Shown here in pieces: positions 1-6,735 of a DNA stretch of 64,000 bases. Position numbers and translations under genes: made by a program. Position 1 is the first letter of the stretch. Each line of letters opens with the position of its first letter. Under the pieces are notes generated by a model, which was given only the letters and a program-made list of their open reading frames with translations, was not told the origin of the DNA and searched no databases. Source of the DNA: Acidobacteriota bacterium (GTDB lineage Bacteria; Acidobacteriota; Terriglobia; Acidiferrales; UBA7541); contig JABCZK010000020.1 of the NCBI GenBank assembly GCA_013289695.1, forward strand, positions 2,038 through 66,037, written 5' to 3'.

Positions 1-170
1 ATCGGGACTGACAGAGAGAGGCTGACCGGGCCCCGATCCGTAAGAAAAGTCGCTGCAAACCCTGCAAGGAATCGCTGCGGCTTCGTTCTCAGGATGATGC
101 CCGCCGCTGCGTGCATGGTTTCGTTCTCGAATGCTCGGCGGCATGATCGCCACATTAGGAGGATTTAGCC

Positions 171-443
171 ATGAATCAGAAATTGAATCTCGGTCTTTCC
201 CTTGTTGCTGGCCTACTTGGCGGCATCACGTCGTACAGCCTGTCTCCCCGAGTCTTGCGGGCGCAGGAGCAGGCCCCGCCGCCGAAAACGATCACGGCGG
301 AGCGATTCATTCTCACGAATGAGCAAGGAACCACCGCCGGCATCTTCGGCCTCAAAGATGGCAAGGCCAACATCACCCTGTTCGATTCCGCGGGTCGTGT
401 GATATGGAGTACTGAGGTCAGGCCAGCACCTGTCCGACAGTAA
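171..443 (+). CDS. small hypothetical protein with N-terminal hydrophobic anchor or signal segment
   Basis: 90-aa ORF in track. aggagga lies 7 nt upstream of ATG 171. N-terminal LNLGLSLVAGLLGGI forms a hydrophobic helix. No catalytic motif recognised. Confidence 0.55.
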   Translation: MNQKLNLGLSLVAGLLGGITSYSLSPRVLRAQEQAPPPKTITAERFILTNEQGTTAGIFGLKDGKANITLFDSAGRVIWSTEVRPAPVRQ

Positions 444-647
444 AAGTCGAGCATCGAGCACGAACTACCGTGAAGATGGCGCGCCGGGAGGCCTGGTGCT
501 CTTTTGACAGAGACTTAGCATGGACGCCGCGTTACGGGAAACTTGGAGTAGCGCGTCAACTTTCCGATAAGGAGTTGGGATCGGGAAGTAGACAATTCAC
601 TCAACAATATTCGATGGCTAAGAGGATAACGCTCTACACTGACCGAT

Positions 648-1199
648 ATGGCGATCACGGATTTTCTGGCTGAGTTCAGGCGAGCTACCGAAGCAAAATG
701 GAGCAATACGTCAATAAATCCGACGATTTATGGATTTCAAATTCAGCGGGGTACCCGCTGGAATGTCGGACTGTCGGTCAAATTGATTGAAGAGTACGAG
801 AGTGTGCTGAGTACCCGTTTCCCCAAAGATTTCAGGTCGTTTCTTCTTGAGATGAACGGCACAGATCTTCCGACGCTAAATGTAAACGCTCCGGCTGGAT
901 CGCAACGTGAATCTGTCGGTGTCTATTCGTATCCGAGGGATATCGAAATTGTGAAAACGCTCGTGGAACGAATCCGCACCAGCGAGCACGAAATAATCTC
1001 GGACCTCGCCGGGCGGGGATTTCAACTCACGGTAGAGGCGAGTCTCGTCCCCATTTACGGCCATCGATACGTCGTCTGCACCCCGGATCTGAGTAGGAGT
1101 ACTGTACTTTCCATCGTAGTGCATGACACTGATGCGATCGTTTACGGCAATTCATTAATGGAATATTTGGAAACTGAATTCCTCCGAGCGACATCCTGA
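648..1199 (+). CDS. SMI1/KNR4 (SUKH-1) family protein, immunity-protein-like
   Basis: 183-aa ORF. LIEEYESVLSTRFPKDFRSFLLEMNGTDL resembles the SUKH/SMI1_KNR4 core (LP.dY..FL...NG). Assignment is from motif memory only. Confidence 0.65.
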   Translation: MAITDFLAEFRRATEAKWSNTSINPTIYGFQIQRGTRWNVGLSVKLIEEYESVLSTRFPKDFRSFLLEMNGTDLPTLNVNAPAGSQRESVGVYSYPRDIEIVKTLVERIRTSEHEIISDLAGRGFQLTVEASLVPIYGHRYVVCTPDLSRSTVLSIVVHDTDAIVYGNSLMEYLETEFLRATS

Positions 1200-1280
1200 A
1201 TGGAGCGCGCAGATGTTCGAATTGGGCTTACCTACTGGTGATTCACGCTACCGGAGCCCCACTTTTGGTTCGATTCCACG

Positions 1281-1415
1281 AGTGGCTTGAGAGTGAGGTA
1301 TGCAGGTTCGGATTTTGCGGCGAAGAATATCGCTCGATTCCGCGCGAGGTCAGTCTCCACGGGCTGACCAGACTCAGCTTATCTATGCAGTGGCGACCTA
1401 ACGCCTGATTTGCGT
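1281..1415 (+). repeat. 135-bp direct repeat, copy A (orphan copy of the 3' end of the 1501-1752 gene)
   Basis: agtggcttgagagtgaggtatgcaggttcggattttgcggcgaagaat...cagtggcgacctaacgcctgatttgcgt matches 1625-1759 with about 5 mismatches. It translates in frame to EWLESEVCRFGFCGEEYRSIPREVSLHGLTRLSLSMQWRPNA-stop but has no ATG. Confidence 0.9.
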
Positions 1416-1500
1416 CCCGTCACCGAAGATTTGAAGTAGCACTTCACATGTCCGGCGTTAATAAGGACTCTAGACTGCGATTTGATCTAGACTCGTTTTC

Positions 1501-1752
1501 ATGACCCGCACAGCAAAAGACTCACCCTATCGTAAACAGCGTTTTCTCGACGTGGTCAAAAAGGCTGACGGGTCATACGACGTGTTCTTGGACGACTCTC
1601 CGATCAGAACGAATATCCCCGAAGAGTGGCTTGAGAGTGAGGTATGCAGGTTCGGATTTTGCGGCGAGGAATATCGCTCGATTCTGCGCGAGGTCAGTCT
1701 CCACGGGCGGACCAGACTCACCTTATCTACGCAGTGGCGACCTAACGCCTGA
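1501..1752 (+). CDS. hypothetical 83-aa protein
   Basis: ORF in track. Its last 42 codons plus stop are duplicated 344 bp upstream. No family recognised. Confidence 0.5.
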   Translation: MTRTAKDSPYRKQRFLDVVKKADGSYDVFLDDSPIRTNIPEEWLESEVCRFGFCGEEYRSILREVSLHGRTRLTLSTQWRPNA

Positions 1753-1759
1753 TTTGCGT
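1625..1759 (+). repeat. 135-bp direct repeat, copy B (inside the 1501-1752 gene and just past its stop)
   Basis: About 96 percent identical to 1281-1415 by eye. Weaker similarity continues downstream (tgtccggcg.gttaa in both copies). Confidence 0.9.
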
Positions 1760-1874
1760 AACACGACATGTTCCGGGCTAGTACTCTACTTGTCCGGCGC
1801 GTTAACCAGACTTACGCTTTCATGCAACATTCCGGACCCGCTCGGCGTCTAGACCTCACATGAGGTGAGAGTTT

Positions 1875-3929
1875 ATGTTCGAGAGGTTATCATTTTCGGC
1901 GCTGTTCGCAATTGGTGTGGTCCTAGCGTCTTACGGTTGGAGTCAGGCGCAGTCAGAACAACCTGGTTCGCACCTTCGACCAATCCAGCAAAACGGCAGG
2001 TGGGGGTATATCGACCGCACTGGGAAGATCGCCATCGAACCCCAGTTCTCGTGGGCGGAGGAATTTTCAGAAGGGCTTGCGGCGTTTGAAAACGAAGATG
2101 GTAAACACGGTTACATCGATGAGACCGGCAAGCCTGTAATCGAACCCAAGTTCGATAACGGGACCAATTTCTCCGAGGGGCTCGCTGCAGTATCGGTAGA
2201 TTTCAAATGGGGTTACATCGACAAAAGCGGGAAGTGGACCATACCGCCTCAGTTCGCAGTCGGAAGGCCCTTCTCTAATGGTCTCGCACTCGTCGGCGTA
2301 CCGCTCTCCGGCGAAGTCACGTTTCCGCCCGGTCCAGAGAAACACGAGTTTATCGACAAGACTGGAAAAGTCGTGATCAGCTCTGAACACGACATCCTGA
2401 ATGGTAGTTTTTCAGAAGGGTTCGCTGCGGTCCAATTCATCACGAACAAGGGCATAGATGACCAGCTGATTGATAAGACTGGAAAGACTCTCATCGCCGT
2501 GCAAGATTTGCAGCTTAGAGGCTTTTCGGATGGCTTGGCAGTGGTAAAGAAAGATGGGAAGTGGGGGTACGTAGGTAAGAGCGGGCGCTTTCTCATTGAA
2601 CCGCAGTTCGAAGAGGCTGAGTCGTTTTCGGAAGGGTTAGCCGCGGTCGAAATTGATAAGAAGTGGGGATATATCGACCCTCAAGGCGCAATAGTTATTG
2701 GGCCAACTTTCGATTTTGCTCCGGGCGAGTTCTCCGAAGGATTGGCATTGGTTTTCATGAATGGTGAGTGCGCCTATGTTGACAAGACAGGGAAAGTCAC
2801 CATTCATGTTCGTTGTGACGACGCGGAGGGATTCGAAGGCGGCTTGGCCTCTGTGCATATCGGAAAAGACCCTGAGGAAAAGCGCGCCTATGTAAACAAA
2901 CGAGGTGACTTTGTCTGGGGTCCTGCTGCCTTCAAGTATCGGTCGCTTGAAGAAATTCGGGCGCGCGCCGAGAAACGAAGTAAAAAGGAAGAAGTATTGA
3001 CACCTTTGACTGAGGAAGAGCGGTCGCTGAATCTACGCGACGTGATTCTTAATCAACCCGATTTCGTCGCAGATCTCAGCTTTTTCGTTGGAGAAGGATT
3101 CGGTGGTTTCAGCGGTGGAGAGCGTCTTGCCCGGAAAGGAAACAGGTATCGTCAAGAGAGTCAGTTCTGGATTTTTATTGGGGAAGTCGGTAAGTCTGCG
3201 GCACGCCTCTACCCGAATGCCAAAGTCTACGATGATTTCGAGGCGGCGAGAGGCGGGCTGGAGGACGGTCTCCTTTTTGACCTGAGGGCTTTGGCCCTAG
3301 AATCCGATGTCAATTTCACAGCTCTGGGAACGGCACTGATTGACGGGCAGAAATGTATCAAGGTCGAAGCAACAAGGCCCGGGAGTCCCGAGAAAACGTA
3401 CCTCTACGTTGCGCGCGGTTTGAAGAATCTGGCTATCGTGTCCCAAAGCATTGGGCCAAAGCGCAGCATGGTGGAAAGGTTGAGCAATGTTTCTCTCGAA
3501 GTGCCAGCAAATCTGGTTGAAATCCCTTCTGACTATAAACCCATCGGGCACGACCGATGGGTCAAGGTCGAGACAGCCAAGGTAACTTACAAAGGCAATC
3601 CTTCTAAGGATTTCGGAGTCTTCCGGGCACCGGGCGGTGAGTTGTTCATATGGATTAGTGATGCCTACTACCCTTGGGAGTATCTCGTTCGGCCAAACCA
3701 GGGGACGGTCGAAATAGCTTTCGAAGGGTTACTGGTGACGCGTTCCGGCGAATACGTTTGGCAAACCAAGGAGATGGAAGCGTTCAGTCAGACGGGTTAC
3801 CGAGTTGCCAGCGAGCGAGGAGCTTACGAAACGGACGAAGATAGACGCGTGATCGTAAGTCAGAACTCGGTCAAATTCCGCTCGCGCAGTTACGAACAAG
3901 ACAAGGCGATGATTGAAGTTAGCTGGTAG
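1875..3929 (+). CDS. secreted WG-repeat (KWG-type) protein with an unknown C-terminal domain of about 330 aa
   Basis: 684-aa ORF. ggtgagag RBS-like site before ATG. Signal-like N-terminus FSALFAIGVVLASYGWSQAQS. At least 8 repeats of the form KWGYIDKSGK..I.PQF....FSEGLA. Confidence 0.85.
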   Translation: MFERLSFSALFAIGVVLASYGWSQAQSEQPGSHLRPIQQNGRWGYIDRTGKIAIEPQFSWAEEFSEGLAAFENEDGKHGYIDETGKPVIEPKFDNGTNFSEGLAAVSVDFKWGYIDKSGKWTIPPQFAVGRPFSNGLALVGVPLSGEVTFPPGPEKHEFIDKTGKVVISSEHDILNGSFSEGFAAVQFITNKGIDDQLIDKTGKTLIAVQDLQLRGFSDGLAVVKKDGKWGYVGKSGRFLIEPQFEEAESFSEGLAAVEIDKKWGYIDPQGAIVIGPTFDFAPGEFSEGLALVFMNGECAYVDKTGKVTIHVRCDDAEGFEGGLASVHIGKDPEEKRAYVNKRGDFVWGPAAFKYRSLEEIRARAEKRSKKEEVLTPLTEEERSLNLRDVILNQPDFVADLSFFVGEGFGGFSGGERLARKGNRYRQESQFWIFIGEVGKSAARLYPNAKVYDDFEAARGGLEDGLLFDLRALALESDVNFTALGTALIDGQKCIKVEATRPGSPEKTYLYVARGLKNLAIVSQSIGPKRSMVERLSNVSLEVPANLVEIPSDYKPIGHDRWVKVETAKVTYKGNPSKDFGVFRAPGGELFIWISDAYYPWEYLVRPNQGTVEIAFEGLLVTRSGEYVWQTKEMEAFSQTGYRVASERGAYETDEDRRVIVSQNSVKFRSRSYEQDKAMIEVSW

Positions 3930-4356
3930 GATGTTGGGATCATGAATCGAATGCCTGATAAGTAATCGGAAACTGACCCACTACCGATTCCCTGGTAGGT
4001 TGGACTTTGCCGCAAAAAGCAGATTCCTCCCGGCGTCCCGCGCCCGCCAAACTGCGGCTGGAGAGATCCTTCGGCGGGCGTGAAGCAAAGGCGCCGACCT
4101 CCCTTCGCAAAATCACTCAGGGCAGGCAGGATGACGATGCTCGTCGCATCGTCAGAAAAAGCGCGGGACTCCGTTCCCTTCGCAGGAGTCGCTCAGGGCA
4201 AGCGGGACGACACGCGACATTTTCGTGCGCAAGACTGTGACGGGTCGCCCTGGTGCGGAGCAGGCAACGGCGAAGAGAGAACCGTGCCTGCGGCAGGCAG
4301 GCTTCGTTGATGCGCTCCCCAGGATGACGGTGCGGGCTGTGATTGAGCTGACGTTA

Positions 4357-4486
4357 TAGGGGCAAGTCTCAGACTCGCCCCTACAGGTTCAAACACAGAG
4401 TCAACTGCGGCCGTCCCGCAAAGGCGGGACGGCCGCTACAAAGTGAAAGGCAGCGGCAAAAGAGCCGGCGGGACGCCGGCGCTACG
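4357..4486. repeat. cluster of three REP-like GC-rich hairpins, each followed by CTAC(A/G)
   Basis: 4357-4384: taggggcaagtc-tca-gactcgcccctac. 4407-4440: gcggccgtcccgc-aaag-gcgggacggccgc+taca (13-bp perfect stem). 4464-4486: gccggcg-gga-cgccggc+gctacg. Confidence 0.85.
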
Positions 4487-4683
4487 AATTCAAAATCATA
4501 AACGGCGTGGATTTTGCCGCGGGCTGTAAATACAGAATGGACAGAGACGCGAGCGGCCGCAGCGGACGGTGCGGGCTGCGGGGGCGGACGTTAACTCGTG
4601 GAGTTCACTTTCGGCACCTGGGCCTTGTTTCGTGCTGGCGGCGGACCTAGAATTGGGATAGAAGGGTGTTTTAACGGGAGGTG

Positions 4684-5028
4684 ATGCCCTTGCAACTCGA
4701 CGACCGCATGAAGCAGTTGCTGCGAGAGCTGGGACACGCCATTAATGATACGGTGTCGGATTCGAACCGGATCGCGGAAGCGATATCGGGAGTGCGTTCG
4801 GCGGGGTTCGACATTGTGCTGAAGCTGGACGCGACGATTGGCTTGGCGCGGCGTTCCGCGCAGGACGCGAAGATGACCACGCAGGACCGGCGCTTTTTGG
4901 AATCGCTGCACATCCGCGTCGACGATGAAATCATGGAAGAAGAAACGATCGAGCCGCGGGTGGAGATCACCGCGCAAGACATAAAATTCTTGAAGTCGCT
5001 AAAGATATCCTTTGATGAAGAACTGTAA
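4684..5028 (+). CDS. hypothetical protein with an internal duplicated C-terminal motif
   Basis: ORF in track (GTG 4681 or ATG 4684; gggag just upstream). Contains TTQDRRFLESLHIRVDDE and TAQDIKFLKSLKISFDEE. Confidence 0.5.
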   Translation: MPLQLDDRMKQLLRELGHAINDTVSDSNRIAEAISGVRSAGFDIVLKLDATIGLARRSAQDAKMTTQDRRFLESLHIRVDDEIMEEETIEPRVEITAQDIKFLKSLKISFDEEL

Positions 5029-5407
5029 ATTCATCGCAGCCGCGCTATTTAGCGCCGCCGCTCTGCTGGCGGTGGCCGCGCCGTCCGCGCGCGCGCAGGT
5101 TACCGAGCCGGCGCGCACACCGATTCCCACCGCTCCCAACACGCCGGTGGTGGTGAAGCAGCAGCCCACCAAGGCGGTGTGGTTGAAAGCAGAAGTGATT
5201 CACGCCGACCTGAACACGATCATCGTGCGGGAAGTGGGCAATGAAATGGTGATCCACACCTTCACATTCTCCGAGAGAGCCAAAGACAAAATCGAGCAGG
5301 TGCAGGATGCAGGCGGGTACCAGTCCGGGGATCACGTCAGGATTTTGTGGATGCCCGGCACCAGTGAAGCGCTGAATATTAAGGGCAGGCCTTCCAAACC
5401 GATTTGA
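5015..5407 (+). CDS. secreted hypothetical protein
   Basis: ORF in track. Signal peptide MKNCKFIAAALFSAAALLAVAAPSARAQ. Overlaps the previous gene end by 14 nt. Confidence 0.6.
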   Translation: MKNCKFIAAALFSAAALLAVAAPSARAQVTEPARTPIPTAPNTPVVVKQQPTKAVWLKAEVIHADLNTIIVREVGNEMVIHTFTFSERAKDKIEQVQDAGGYQSGDHVRILWMPGTSEALNIKGRPSKPI

Positions 5408-5540
5408 TTCCTCGTATTGAGAAGTAGGATTTCAGTACAAGCCATCTCATAAGTATTCGACTACGATCGGGAAGCGCTGCTTCCCTGGCGCGCAGCCGGT
5501 CGTGACGGTGTCACGTGAACGGGAGTGACAGTGTGGCAGC

Positions 5541-5566
5541 GGGCGGTTCGCGAACCGCCCCTACAG
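5541..5566. repeat. REP-like element
   Basis: Perfect 20-nt palindrome gggcggttcgcgaaccgccc followed by ctacag. Confidence 0.85.
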
Positions 5567-5824
5567 CGCGCGACGGGCTTGGCATGACGATGAGCACGGG
5601 CGCAGCGGCGCGTCGCGATGCTGACAGCTCGACAAGCCGGGGCGCAGCCCTTCGATTCGGCACTGCCGAATCTCAGGATGAATCGCCCTGCGGGGTGATT
5701 CACAAGCAGCGCCCCTCCCATGGCCTCGGAGGGTTGCCGATCGATGGCGACCCCGCCCTTCCGGATTTAACGTTGATAAGATGGCTTGTAACGACAAGAG
5801 CGAGAAACGAGCTGGCGCTACGAA

Positions 5825-6631
5825 ATGATTCGCCCTCCTGCAGTTGCTGGACGCTTCTACCCATCCGAAGTGAAGGAGCTTGCGCGGCAGATTGCCGAAT
5901 TCGCGCCCGCGACGAGCACGGGCAAAATTGCGGCGCGCGGGTGCGTGGTACCTCATGCGGGCTACCTGTATTCGGGACACGTCGCGGGTGCGGTTTATTC
6001 TTCGCTGGAAATTCCCGCGCGATGCATTCTGCTGGGGCCGCGGCATTACCCGCGCGGCGAAGCGATGGCAATTCTGTCGCAGGGAAGCTGGCAAACTCCG
6101 CTGGGAGATGCGCCGGTAGATGCGAAGCTGGCTGCTGAGCTGATGCAGGCTTGCCCGCGTTTGCGTGAAGACGCCGTAGCACACGAGCGCGAACATTCGC
6201 TGGAGGTGCAGATTCCGTTTCTGCAGCGGCTCGCGCCGGACTTTCGATTTGTACCGGTGGTGCTGGGGGCGGATCGTTATCCGTTGCTCGAGGAATTGGG
6301 CCACGCGGTGGCGAAGGTGGTGGCTGCACAGAGCGAGCGCGTGCTGGTGATTGCCAGCACGGATATGAATCATTACGAGAACGACGCGTTCACGCGCGTG
6401 AAGGACGCACGGGCGATTGAACGCATTCTGGCTCTGGATCCGCGCGGGCTGTATGACACGGTGCGCGCCGAGGGGATTACGATGTGCGGCTACGCGGCGA
6501 CGACGGCGATGTTGGTGGCGATGCGGGATCTGGGCGCGGAGAGCGCGGAGCTGGTGCGCTATGCGACGTCGGGCGATATTACCGGCGAGCGCGATGAGGT
6601 GGTTGGGTATGCAGGGTTGATCGTGCGCTGA
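5825..6631 (+). CDS. MEMO1-family protein (AmmeMemoRadiSam system protein B-like)
   Basis: 268-aa ORF. N-terminal MIRPPAVAGRFYP and the later HAGY.YSG and STD.NH motifs are typical of the Memo family. Confidence 0.8.
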   Translation: MIRPPAVAGRFYPSEVKELARQIAEFAPATSTGKIAARGCVVPHAGYLYSGHVAGAVYSSLEIPARCILLGPRHYPRGEAMAILSQGSWQTPLGDAPVDAKLAAELMQACPRLREDAVAHEREHSLEVQIPFLQRLAPDFRFVPVVLGADRYPLLEELGHAVAKVVAAQSERVLVIASTDMNHYENDAFTRVKDARAIERILALDPRGLYDTVRAEGITMCGYAATTAMLVAMRDLGAESAELVRYATSGDITGERDEVVGYAGLIVR

Positions 6632-6652
6632 GCGGTGGCGAGTTTCTGTGGC

Positions 6653-6718
6653 GGCGGTCTTCAGACCGCCATCGGTTGTTGGCGTGACGCCGAAGGCGCA
6701 CTGAAATGCGCCGCTACA
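6653..6718. repeat. two REP-like hairpins between convergent genes
   Basis: 6653-6670: ggcggtc-ttca-gaccgcc. 6695-6718: ggcgca-ctgaaa-tgcgcc followed by gctaca. Confidence 0.75.
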
Positions 6719-6735
6719 AAAGCGAGCTTGCGTCG

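Noticed and set aside
1262-1285. tRNA T-arm-like sequence tttggttcgattccacg at the left edge of repeat copy A
   Set aside because: GGTTCGATTCC resembles a T-loop, but the flanking bases pair poorly (about 3 of 5). No acceptor, D or anticodon arms can be drawn upstream. At most it is a tRNA 3' remnant, so it is not called.
4007-4396. Track ORFs 4007-4240, 4080-4310 and 4193-4396
   Set aside because: They merely translate the degenerate short repeats (SLRAGRMT, GVAQGKRDD and similar). There is no RBS and they overlap one another.
4357-6718. Possible CRISPR array suggested by recurring GC-rich palindromes
   Set aside because: The hairpins differ in sequence and length and are irregularly spaced. 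They are scattered over the window and there are no cas genes. They fit REP-like elements instead.
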